Source: the human T2T-CHM13v2.0 reference genome, Homo sapiens. From it: 64,000 nt of DNA. The stretch lies in assembly GCF_009914755.1 (NCBI RefSeq), contig NC_060932.1. One strand, written 5' to 3'. Both the position numbers and the translations under genes were made by a program. Below are positions 12,921 to 25,250 of the stretch, one piece after another (positions within the stretch are counted from its first letter, which is position 1; each line of letters starts with the position of its first letter). The notes under the pieces are model-generated. The model was not told the origin of the DNA and made no database searches. It saw only the letters and a program-made list of their open reading frames with translations.

Positions 12921-13549
12921 TGGGGGGTGGGGGTGGGGAAGAGATGAAACAAAGAGGAAAAAAAAAAAAAGACTAGAGAGACCATCAGGACCCAGATCAT
13001 GAAGGATCTTATAGGAATTTTAGTTTTACTCTAAAATTAATGGGTGCCTCTCTATTAGACAGCAGAGACCTGATCAGACCCCCAAGCTCACTCCCCTGAG
13101 GTGTAGGAGGGGACTATGGGGAAGAGGAGGCAGAAAGCCTCCAGGTAGGGAGGCCAGGGACAGTCTGGTATCCCGTGAAGAGGATGGGCCTGAACACAGC
13201 AAGAGGGTGCAGTGATGGGGGACAGCAGAGGAGCCTCTATGGTCTATCTGAGCCCTGCCCATTCCCCCTCAACCCATTCTAGGAGGCTCTTAGGCCCAGT
13301 GCTCCCCAGGCCTGCTCTCTTCCAGAATGCAGTGACTGCCACCCTGGCCAGTCCGACCCTCACAGCTCAGTCTGCACCTTGCTCGGCCTCTGCAGCCTCC
13401 AGCCCTCCCTTGCTCCTCTCCTGGGCCATTTTCTTCACTTGCCCCACAGCACAGCTCCCTCCTCAGCGTCCTCCGTCCTCTCTGGCTGTTCTCTCTCCAT
13501 CTCTGCCGCATCTGTCTCCGCTTCTGGACCTCTAAGTGGCATAGGGCCC

Positions 13550-14020
13550 CAGCGTTCAGCCCCAGGAGGGCTCTTCTCTCTCCACATCCCCTCCTTCCAT
13601 CATCTCCGCCAGGCTCATGGCTTCAAATATTGTCTTCAGGCTGACAACTCCCAAATGTATGTCTAGACCAAACCCTTCCCCTGAAATTTAAATGTGTGTA
13701 GCATATTTCCTACTAGACATATCCATGTGGGTGTCAAATAGTCATTTCCAAGTTAACAAAGCCAAAATGGAACTAGTCACTTCCTGCCCACCCAACCTGC
13801 TCCTCCCTCCTGTCCTCTTCTCGGTAGAAGGCACCACCATCCACCCTCTTCTCAAAGCAAAAGGCTTAGGCATCAGCCCAGATTCTGCTCTCACACACAC
13901 TCCACGTCCAAAGCATTGCGGGACCTGTCAGCTCCACTGTGAAATGCAGACCAGAGCGCCCCAGTCCTCCCCTCCCCAGAGGGCTACCCCGGCCAGGCCA
14001 CGCTATTTCTCACTCTAGGT
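13550..14020 (+). mobile_element. L2 LINE fragment
   Basis: catggcttcaaatat...gctgacaactcccaaatgtatgtct...gcaccaccatccacc resembles the L2 3' region. Confidence 0.7.
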
Positions 14021-15329
14021 GTGACCACAAGAGCCCTTAAGCGACTTCTTAGTTATGTGGATCAGCATAGAAGTCTGTGCCTCAGTTTACCACCTAATGC
14101 CACAAACATAGATGGGAGACACAGAATCTGAGAGTAGAACATGTTAAAGAGATCCAGGGGTTTGAGGTGACACCAAGATCAAGGTGAGTGAATGGTGAGC
14201 GTGGTCACTGTAAAGGCAGCTTAGAGTTCACTGAAAAGAGGGACAAAGTCCCATCCCAATCTCTTCCAACTGTCGTCAGCTTCAAACCTCCCCTGGAGTC
14301 CATGCCTGGGTTCAACCACGAAGAGGACTAAAGACTCATCAGTCAACATTCCAAGAAGGCTGACCAGTTCTAGAAAAAAATGGCTGGGGTACTTGGCGAT
14401 GTCTGGTCTACAGAATAGAAGTTGCAGGGCCCAAAAGATGCCTGTGCCTTCAAATACACAAGGAGCTGTCACATGAGGGGCCATCAGATGTACTGCTGGT
14501 TCTGGCAGGGGCCAGAGCTGACAGAGGGGCTACGGAATACAGCGGGCTGCTGTCTGGAATTGATATAACCAGCTCCCCATTACTGAAGTTATGCAAATAG
14601 CTGCTCCAAGACCATCAGGCTGGATTCTTCCTCAGGATGGACACTGAAATTAACAGGAGAGTCTGCCCTTTACCCCTCCCTGCATTCCTAAGTCCATAAA
14701 GCAGGAATTCTCACCCTTTCAGAAGTCTGAGAGGCAAGTCCTGCCTCCCCACTACCCTCTCACATCCCTCCCTCAGAGGGTCTGGAGAAGAAACCCAAGC
14801 CGGTGTCTTGGCCTCCTGTCTGCCTTGCTGTCCTCCCCCTGCCTAGAGCTCTCCTCCACCACGCCTGAAGCCAGTGCACCTCAGCGGCAGAACCCTCCAT
14901 CCCTTGTAGAGATCTTTTAGAAAGCTGCAGGTGTGGGCAACAATGCATCAGAATGTCCCTCACAACCAAGAATTGTTCTGTTCTCACCATGACTTCTAAA
15001 TTTTTCTCCCAAACAGTCACAAGGATAAAAATAAACAATAACAACAACCTTATTTATGATGATCTGAACCTAGAACCTAACTGTTTCACATGTAAACACA
15101 GAGTACTGAGTCTGTGTGCTGCATTCTTCTAGAAATACAACTTCTGTTTCCAGCAAGGGAAGACTGTACTTCATTTGCTCTACGAAAGCCCTCCGGCATC
15201 AGCGATGCTGCTCACACTAGTAGTCTCACCCTCAAGTCACAATGTGCTCTTGGCCTGTGCTTGTGGCTGGTGCACCCAGAGTGGACACTACGCTTAGGAG
15301 AAGGCACCTGACCACATTGTTAGGTTTTT

Positions 15330-15826
15330 ATTTCATTTTCTTATTGTTGCTTTAACCAATTACTAGAAATTTAGCAGCTTAAAACAACACAAATGTATCA
15401 TTTTTCAGTTCTAGAGTTCAGAAGTTTGAAATGGGTCTCACTGAGCTAAAATCAACATTTCAGCAGGGCTGTGATCCCGGCTGGAGACTTTAAGAGAGAA
15501 TCCACTTTCTTGGCTTTTCCAGCTTCTAGAGACCCCTGCATTCCTTGGCTTGTGGCCTGCTTCCATCTTCAAAGCCAACGACATTTGGTGGAGTCTTTCT
15601 TACGATGTCATCTCTCTGGTTCTGACCCTACTGCCTTCCTCTTCCCCATTTAAGGACACGTGTGATCACACTGAGCCCATGTGCATAATCCAGGATAATC
15701 TCCCCATCTTGGATTCAGCTAATTAGCAACCTTAATTCCCGCTTGCCATGTAAAACTTAACATATTTGTAGGTTCTGTGGATGAGGACGTGGACATCTCT
15801 GGGGCACCACTGTCCTGCCAACCACT
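15330..15826 (-). mobile_element. MLT1 (ERVL-MaLR) solo LTR
   Basis: gcttaaaacaacacaaat...ttttccagcttctagag...aatccaggataatctccccatc...ggacatctctgggg. Confidence 0.85.
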
Positions 15827-18800
15827 GTATCTTGGTATAGTCATGTCTGAATATTAAAATACTCAATTTTTTATTTTATAATTAATAACTTTCCATTTAC
15901 TTCTTGTTATTTCAGTTAGGACACTAGAGTTTTTTTGTTTTTGTTTTTGTTTTTTGTTTTTTTTTTCAGTCATGCATGTGTAGGAATCTATGAATTTCAT
16001 TTCAGGTGAGTAAAAGGAGTGTTATAAGGTAGTCATTATTCAAGGGGAGTCCTGGGTCCATCGGGCTGAGACTCCACGTGCTACGGCAAGCAACTGCCCT
16101 CCTAGGAAGAGCTGCCCTGCTGTTGCCCAGCCCTGCATGTGACTAGATGGCTCAACTGGTCTCCAATTCCTCTTCCTCTCCTGTTGTTCTCATTACCATC
16201 TGATTCACTCATGTCTTGTTTCTCAGATGCTTCCATACCTCGAGATCAAAGGAAAGCGTGCAATTCATTATTTCCTCCCAAATGGCCAACATCTTCTATG
16301 GTCCCTTCCACTCAGAAATTCGTAGACTCCATGTTATGGTAAGAATTAGAGGACTGCAGACAAAAGTCCAAATACAACCTAACAACAAGAATGAAAAAAG
16401 AATCTACCTGCAGTCGATTCTTACAGGTAGAATATTCCCCTGTGTGTGTTTAAGCTCTGGGGAAGAAGCCTTATTTTTTCCAGGGATTAGGGCTTCACTC
16501 ACTGCTTAAATTATAACCAAGCAATAGCTTCCTTTTCATTCTCAAAAGGGGGACTGGCAGGACCATTTTACAAGGTTAACAAGTAAGGACATTTGCTTTC
16601 ACAACCCTAGGTGAAGAGTGGAGTTGTATAAGTCAGAAACAAAGGGAAACAGCAAACACAATCCTGAATTTATAGAGGAAAGAAAATGCATAAATGAATG
16701 TGGTTTGTAAAAAACATCATAAATTCCTAACTCCAGAAATATATACCTGCACAGGACAAAAAGAAGGGTGTTCTGAGGGGGCAATATGTGCAAGAAACTT
16801 GTGGAAATATCAGGAGATATTCACAGGCAGGAAGAAGCCATTCCATACATCAACGGAGATTTAAAGCCTTTTAGGGAGGAAAGAATGCACAGGAAGTGAG
16901 GAAGGCCATGATTCATCCCACTGTCAGGCTAGACACCTTTCATGGAGGAAGACAGTATAATGCTGCCTCTCCACCCTATTTTTTGTCTTGGTTGTAAGTA
17001 GACAGCAGACATATTTTCTTTCCCGAAGGTATCAATCCCATGCACAGTGCAAAGCCTAAGCTGTAAAGGCCACCTGCTAATGGCAGTCACCACCCATTTC
17101 CTGTGTCACCTGGGTCTCTGCAACACTGAGACTCCACTACCGGCCAACACAGCTGCAACCCTGTTTCCTAAGCCCCAGGCACTGGAGAGCTCTGCTGCCA
17201 CCTGCAACACGGACTTGTCCACCAGGTCCCTGGGCCTGAGGGGAACGGGAAGGGCCAGCTCTCTTCATTGAGAGAGAAGGGCCTTCGAAACAGGCTGAGA
17301 GGAGCAATGCAGGCTTCCTGGCCTCAGTGCTGTAAGAAGAGGATGAAAAGGTTTCCATACTGGCCAAACCAACTCACTGGGCAACAGAAAGAGGATGCCC
17401 ATGACTAGAACATCTTGTACCTCTTGCATGTCTCGGCAGTCTAGGCATTGCTTAGTTTGATCTGAATAATCATTTGACTAGAAAAGGAAACCTTCTCTCG
17501 TAAATTGTGGGAAACTAGAGAGCTCCACATGGTAGAGAGAGTGCATGGGAATGAAGAGACGGCGGGGCAGGGGGCAGTGCCTGGCACAGGGCAGGTGCGT
17601 GAGGCACGGCACTCATGACTGCTTCTGGATGCCGGCCCTCCTTGGAGGAAGGGTCTGCTGCCCCCTTCCCTCCCCGGCTGAGCCAAGCTCCCATGCACTT
17701 AAGCTGCTGCCCGTGTGCTTCACATATCCCCTCCACACCATCATGCCATGGCCACATGGCACCCAGCTTATAGTAGGCACTCAATAAACACTGAATTGAA
17801 TTATTCAAATGTGGACCCCAGGAGATATTTCAAAGCTGTGCTAAAACAGTTCAGAGCAGATTCACTAAGAAAGGGAAGGAGGCAGGCAGAGTTCCCCCCT
17901 CCTCACAAATATCTTTTGATATTTAGACACATTTATTGTGCATAATACTTGACTTTCTTCCCCTTTAAGTGCACATACACTGAATCTCTATTTGATTTAG
18001 TGCCAGGCCTGGCGTGGCAGCTCTACAGCATTGCCCGGTCCTCACACAGGGAGCACTCTCTTCCCTACACATTCTCCTCCCTCCACACCCCTGCCTGGTG
18101 ATCCCTGCACAGCTGTGCGGCTGTTGGGGTTGGGCAAACCTTTCAGCTTTTTCTCACCCAAGTCCCCTCCACTGTACTTTAGGAGTAGTTTCCTTTGTAC
18201 ATTTCCACCTGCCTGACTTTCACAAAATCACCCCCGTGACCATCCTTGCAGGCCCCGGCCTTTCTCTTTGCTGGTGGCTTTGTCAGCCTGAAGGGCAGCA
18301 GGTGCTCGATAAAGCTGCGGGGACAGGATCGATCCGCTGCCCTTTAGTGGGCCATCTCGAGGACACTGTCTCGGTGCCTGCTGGGGAAGCGCCTGGCTCC
18401 TTTCCTCAGCTGACGCACACTCTTCTCCCCCTAATTAAGCAATCTGCTTCCACTAGCAGTTTCTTTCCCAGTACTTGAACATGAGTGACCTGAAGCCTCC
18501 ACGGAACCCCATCAGGGCCTTGCTGGTAACCGAGCAGTGAAGGAAAACGGAGCTGGCAGGACCCAGGTCGTATTCCTCCCTGGATAACCACAGAGCAACA
18601 GCCCTTGCCCAAGGTAGAAAAACCAAACTCCCAGGAATAAAGTGTTTTTATTTTTTGTTTAAAATATGTTTATCATAACAAAACATAAACCATTTAAATC
18701 ACTCATCAAACTTATCGAGGTAAGTTCATTAGTAGCAAGTAGATCTAAGAACAGAAAAAGAAACTATCTCTTCTTGTTTTGAGCACCAGTGAAGCTTTGA

Positions 18801-19049
18801 CATTCACCCTACTGGTGTTGACATGACAGTCTCCGATCTTATGCTGAAACCCCAGAAAGACACCAGCTCCTGCTCTTCAAATCCACATGACCCACGTACT
18901 TCTCTCTCAGAGTAGGAAGATCTACTTAATTCTACTTAATTCGACTCTCTTTTGGCCTGGTCTTAAGTCTCTCTCACACAGAACCACCACCTGCCCAGCT
19001 CCCCTGACTTTGGGCAATGTCCCTCAGCATCTGCAATTCCAAAGCAGCC

Positions 19050-19410
19050 TGGTCTCAGCTCAGGCTGCTGTCACAAAGCAGCACAGGTTGAGTGACTTAT
19101 AAACAACAGAAATCTATCTCCCATAGTTCTGGCGGCTAGAAGTCTGAGATCAGGGAGCCAGCATGGTTAGGTTACAGTGCGGGCCCCTCTTCCAAGGGCA
19201 GATTATTGACCTGTAATTGTGTTCTGACATGGTGGAAAGAGAGAGATCAAGCTCTCTCCTCTCTTATTAAGGCACTCATCGCATTCATGGGGCTCCACTC
19301 ACACGACCTAATCATCTCCCAAAGAACCCATCTCCAAATACCATCATTTTGGGGATTAGATTTCAATCATATGAATTAAGGGGGGAACGTGAGCATTCGG
19401 TTCATCATCA
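19050..19410 (-). mobile_element. MLT1A/MST-type MaLR LTR
   Basis: gctgctgtcacaaag...acttataaacaacagaaat...tagttctggcggctagaagtctgagatc...ccaaataccatca. Confidence 0.8.
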
Positions 19411-19572
19411 TGCCTCCCCCAGGGCCTCCTCTAAGGGAATTACTCACAATGACTCAACAACTGGAGTTTGTAAGGGGTCAAATGATTTTGAGCCACAATC
19501 ATGTTAATTTGTGTAACTATGTGTTTACCTCCCTGGACCAAGCAATAAGCTCTGCCATGAGAGGTGGTACCT

Positions 19573-19878
<306 letters not shown>

Positions 19879-21289
19879 TTATCCACCCTGGACTCCTGAT
19901 GCCAAGCATAGAGCCTAGACAACACCAGCATCAGCACTCACCTGCTAAATGGAAGCGACCAGAAGCAGAAACAGCTGTGGCTGAATTCTACATGCACAGT
20001 AAGAGGAAAGGAGCTATGCTGTTTCCATGATCACAGGAGCTAAGATTTATTGACTCAGCCACGTGCCAGGCACAGGGCCAGTGGCTTCATTTTGCATAAT
20101 TAGGTATAATGCATACAACAGCCCCTTGGAGTAAGTTCCATGATCTTCCCATTATACAGATGGGGAAACACAAGTTCAAAGAAGAGAAGTGTTTTGTCTA
20201 AGGTCACACACTATTATGTGACAGATCCAACCCAAACAGTCTGGCTGTCTTTTAGCCCCTTGCTACACCACTGGCTGTGCCAAGGACTCCTCCATCCACT
20301 GTGACATGAGCTGGGGTGACTCCCATGAAACGGGCTTCTCCAGAGATAACCCGTTGTGCTGTCCATCCGGGGCAGGGGAGCTCTGTCCCAGAGGCCTGCA
20401 GCTCCTGTGGTAGGGTATGCACTGCCAGCCTGGAGAGCATGAGGCTGCTCAGCACAAGTCACACCCAGGGCAACTGGGCCCCTCTAGCTCAGCTTCCCAA
20501 CATCTGATCTGGAATTCACGGTTTTGAATGCGTATGAAGCCTCTAAAATGTACCAGGCCCTGAGCCAAGTGCTAGAGATCCCAGAGATGGGTGAGACCAA
20601 ATTGTCACCTGCTCTCATGGAGCTTCCAGTTTGCTGGGGGGAAAAGCCATGTGTATAACCAACCACACTAGATATGGTTTGTGACACAGTTCCTAAGAAC
20701 TGTGACGGGGTGAGGGAGGGTACTCCTCCCCGTGGCCCCATCTTCACCACTGCCTGGAGAGGGAGGAGAGCTTCTGCCCCTCTGAAAATATTCCCTTCCT
20801 AATTGCCCCCTCAGGGCAGGAAGGACCTGACAATCCAACAGCTGAAGCTGACCACCGGGTCTAACCTGATGTGTCCTAACGGGCAGGGGTTATCCTAACA
20901 TGCAGGGACCCCCGCCCCCATAGGTCGTGCTCCTTCTTGGAGTGTTTGCTTTTATGCAGAGGCAGCTGCTCCCGGATCTTGCGCCTCCCACAGTCAGCAC
21001 GGGCGGGGTAGGTCTTCTTGAAACATCCCACCATGAAGCAAGAAGGAAAGTGGAGGGAAAGAGGTGGGCACCTTGCTGTCAGGCCTGGTGGGCGATGGAG
21101 AGCTTCTATTCTAAGTTTACTGGAGACGTTCTGAGTTATTGGAGGATTTTAAAGTAAGGGTTGCTGTGATGTAATGATACTTCTAAAAGATCGCCCTGGC
21201 TTCTATGTGAAAACTGCATCTCAGAGCAGCAGGATGGAAAGAGAACAGCATCCTCTGTGAGCCAGGGGAGGGGGACTGACAGCTGAGAA

Positions 21290-23572
21290 CAGGCTTCTAA
21301 AATTCTAATGTGCAGGATGCCCCCGCTGCTGGTTACACACAGAGCCCGATTTGGTAGGGTTGGGGTGGAGCCGTGATGCCCCTGCTGCTGGTTACACACA
21401 GAGCCTGATTTGGTAGGGTTGGGGTGGAGCCGGGATGCCCCAGCTGCTGGTTACACACAGAGCCTGATTTGGTAGGGTTGGGGTGGAGCCGGGATGCCCC
21501 AGCTGCTGGTTACACACAGAGCCTGATTTGGTAGGGTTGGGGTGGAGCCGTGATGCCCCTGCTGCTGGTTACACACAGAGCCTGATTTGGTAGGGTTGGG
21601 GTGGAGCCAGGATGCCCCCGCTGCTGGTTACACACAGGGCCTGATTTGGTAGGGTTGGGGTGGAGCCGTGATGCCCCTGCTGCTGGTTACACACAGAGCC
21701 TGATTTGGTAGGGTTGGGGTGGAGCCGGGATGCCCCAGCAGCTGGTTACACACAGAGCCTGATTTGGTAGGGTTGGGGTGGAGCCGGGATGCCCCAGCTG
21801 CTGGTTACACACAGAGCCTGATTTGGTAGGGTTGGGGTGGAGCCGTGATGCCCCTGCTGCTGGTTACACACAGAGCCTGATTTGGTAGGGTTGGGGTGGA
21901 GCCAGGATGCCCCCGCTGCTGGTTACACACAGGGCCTGATTTGGTAGGGTTGGGGTGGAGCCGTGATGCCCCTGCTGCTGGTTACACACAGAGCCTGATT
22001 TGGTAGGGTTGGGGTGGAGCTGGGATGCCCCCGTTGCTGGTTACACACAGAGCCTGATTTGGTAGGGTTGGGGTGGAGCCGTGATGCCCCTGCTGCTGGT
22101 TACACACAGAGCCTGATTTTGTAGGGTTGGGGTGGAGCTGGGATGCCCCCGTTGCTGGTTACACACACAGCCTGATTTGGTAGGGTTGGGGTGGAACTGG
22201 GATGCCCCCGTTGCTGGTTACACACAGAGCCTGATTTGGTAGGGTCGGGGTGGAGCTGGGATGCCCCCGTTGCTGGTTACACACAGAGCCTGATTTGGTA
22301 GGGTTGGGGTGGAACTGGGATGCCCCCGTTGCTGGTTACACACAGAGCCTGATTTGGTAGGGTCGGGGTGGAGCTGGGATGCCCCCGTTGCTGGTTACAC
22401 ACAGAGCCTGATTTGGTAGGGTCGGGGTGGAGCTGGGATGCCCCCGTTGCTGGTTACACACAGAGCCTGATTTGGTAGGGTCGGGGTGGAGCTGGGATGC
22501 CCCCGTTGCTGGTTACACACAGAGCCTGATTTGGTAGGGTTGGGGTGGAGCTGGGATGCCCCCGTTGCTGGTTACACACAGAGCCTGATTTGGTAGGGTC
22601 GGGGTGGAGCTGGGATGCCCCCCGTTGCTGGTTACACACAGAGCCTGATTTGGTAGGGTCGGGGTGGAGCTGGGATGCCCCCGTTGCTGGTTACACACAC
22701 AGCCTGATTTGGTAGGGTTGGGGTGGAACTGGGATGCCCCCGTTGCTGGTTACACACAGAGCCTGATTTGGTAGGGTCGGGGTGGAGCTGGGATGCCCCC
22801 GTTGCTGGTTACACACAGAGCCTGATTTGGTAGGGTCGGGGTGGAGCTGGGATGCCCCCGTTGCTGGTTACACACAGAGCCTGATTTGGTAGGGTCGGGG
22901 TGGAGCTGGGATGCCCCCGTTGCTGGTTACACACAGAGCCTGATTTGGTAGGGTTGGCGTGGAGCTGGGATGCCCCTGCTGCTGGTTACACACAGAGCCT
23001 GATTTGGGAGGGTTGGGGTGGAGCTGGGATGCCCCCGTTGCTGGTTACACACAGAGCCTGATTTGGTAGGGTCGGGGTGGAGCTGGGATGCCCCCGTTGC
23101 TGGTTACACACAGAGCCTGATTTGGTAGGGTCGGGGTGGAGCTGGGATGCCCCAGCTGCTGGTTACACACAGAGCCTGATTTGGGAGGGTTGTGGTGGAG
23201 CTGGGATGCCCCCGTTGCTGGTTACACACAGAGCGTGATTTGGTAGGGTTGGCACGGAGCTGGGATGCCCCCGTTGCTGGTTACACACAGAGCCTGATTT
23301 GGTAGGGTTGGCATGGAGCTGGGATGCCCCCGTTGCTGGTTACACACAGAGCCTGATTTGGTAGGGTCGGGGTGGAGCTGGGATGCCCCCGCTGCTGGTT
23401 ACACACAGAGCCTGATTTGGGAGGGTCGGGGTGGAGCCGTGATGCCCCCGTTGCTGGTTACACACAGAGCCTGATTTGGGAGGGGTGCGGTGGAGCCAGC
23501 GACTCTGCATTTCTCACAAGCCCCCTGATGCTGACACTGCTGGCCGGGGGACTACGTTTTGAGTAGCAAGGG
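21290..23572 (+). mobile_element. MER5-family (hAT-Charlie) non-autonomous DNA transposon split by a minisatellite
   Basis: Left flank caggcttctaaaattctaatgtgca and right flank tctgcatttctcacaagccccctgatgctgacactgctgg...actacgttttgagtagcaagg match recalled MER5A/B ends. Confidence 0.75.
21315..23497. repeat. Minisatellite/VNTR, 37 copies of a 59-bp unit
   Basis: Unit ggatgcccccgttgctggttacacacagagcctgatttggtagggttggggtggagctg. First ggttacac at 21331 and last at 23456, a distance of 36x59+1. Confidence 0.97.
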
Positions 23573-24349
23573 CTTAACTGAAGGCGGTAAGGCCGGGGGC
23601 CAGAGGGACATTTGAGGCCCCTTGTGAAGCAGGAGGCCACCACATGTGCTGACAGGGCAGACGTCCGGTGGGAGAGGCAAGGAGGCAAGAGGCCCTCCAC
23701 CAGCTGGGGACACCAGATGGATAGGAGGAGTAGGAAGGAGGGGGACACTAAGAGTTCTTGTTTCCGGGAATCCCTCCGGCCAGGATGGAGACTACTGTTC
23801 TGGTGGGAATGAAAAACAAGGGCCAGCCTGAGGCAGGACAAGTCTACAGAGGGCCCGCAGCGCTCTCCTCCATATGCGGGACAGCTCTGCCTCACTCCCG
23901 TCAGGGCTATTACAGCCTGGCCTTGACCCCAAACTTGAAATAGACCAAGTGATCTCAGCCAGCAAGGACAACTTCCCAGGGTGAAGCTGCCTGGAGGGGA
24001 GATGTCAATTAAAACCGACCTGCCTTGGCTAAGGACATGGGTCAGGAAACAGGCACCAAGCAAACAGTAATAAACTCAGCAGTATTAAAACTCAAATAAA
24101 GTGGGATTCTGCAAATAGCACCAACCAAGGCTGTAGCTTCTTGGGGCATAATAACAGAAAGATGGGGACTTAGGAAAAGGAAGAAAAGTGAAGTTGGATA
24201 GATGAGCATCCTCAGGTTAGCTAAGGATGGCTTGCATGGGAAAAAGGCACCATAATGAAACAGAGAATAACCTTTGTTCTCTATGTTTTCAGACCATTTC
24301 TCATATGGCCACAGATATATCATGGGGCCTATTTTTACTTTAAAAATTT

Positions 24350-25250
24350 CACAAAGAAATGGAATTTTCTGTAACTACTATGGTGTAAGAGAGCTCAGCA
24401 AGTAACAAAAGAGCTTTGGGAAAGGATGCAATGTGGAGTAGCAGCCATCCAAAGTCATACCAGAAGCAGAAGTCTCTGAAAAAAGTTTTAGTTAAGACAA
24501 AGAAAAAGAAAAGGTTCAAACAACCACAGGAGAACTAGGAAAGGCCTACAAAGGACAAGAGCTGGCATTAAGTGACAAGGGAGAGTAACCTATTGCCAAG
24601 ACTCTGAATGAACTTTTTGTTTCTGAATCTACATGCTAAAGATCACCATTCCGCAACAACAGAAAGAACATTATATAAGGAATGTCAAGTATGAGAACAC
24701 TTTTAAGAGGCTACCTGCATGTATAATTAGGAGTTTCATACAATTAAAGTTGGCAGAGGCCCGGGATCAAATAAATTGCACTGCAGAGTTCATTAGGCAG
24801 GAGCCTAACCTCACCAACCAACAAAAGCGTGCAGCTGAAAAGTGGTTGTCATTACAGTAAGGGCTAGGATATAGGGAAAAAAATAAAGTCATCAGTGAGA
24901 CTTCAGTATTTTACAAAGATCAAAAGGACTTGGCATTAAAAGATAAAAGTGAAACCTGGATTATAGGTATCTATTAGAAATCCTGAGCATATGCCTAAGA
25001 ATCTAGTATTAGATCATCTGAGGCCTAAGAAGCACACTGGGTGCCTATGCTCTCGGTCCTGGAGATACGCAACCAATTTGCCCGCCTACAGAGGACACAT
25101 GCAATTCTCTTGCCTGGGTCTTCCACAGGCCTTTGAATCCATCGTGACTCATTACACTACAGAGGCTGCAAGGATGGAGTGGGTGTGACATCCAAATACA
25201 ATGAAGAGTAACAGAAAATACAAGCAGTTATGGCAGATGGAAACTGCTGT
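24350..25250 (+). mobile_element. Probable ancient CR1/L3 LINE ORF2 (RT) fossil
   Basis: Degenerate motifs in the expected order: AKTLNELFVSES (~AELLNxFFASVF), ggcccgggatcaaat (~PGPD), cctggattataggtatctattag (~PGNYRPISL), LGLPQAFESIVTH (~LDFSKAFDxVxH). Confidence 0.55.

Noticed and set aside
21315-23497. CRISPR-like regularly spaced array
   Set aside because: Units are head-to-tail near-identical 59-mers with no unique spacers and no cas genes, in a eukaryotic intron. It is a minisatellite.
21136-23566. Repetitive ORFs (MCNQQRGHPSSTPTLPNQALCV...) across the VNTR
   Set aside because: 59 is not a multiple of 3, so frames cycle and hit stops about every 3 units. No splice or start context supports coding.
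23458-24063. 201-aa minus-strand ORF next to the VNTR
   Set aside because: Non-ATG start, no recognisable domain, ends within the MER5/VNTR sequence; consistent with chance in GC-rich DNA.
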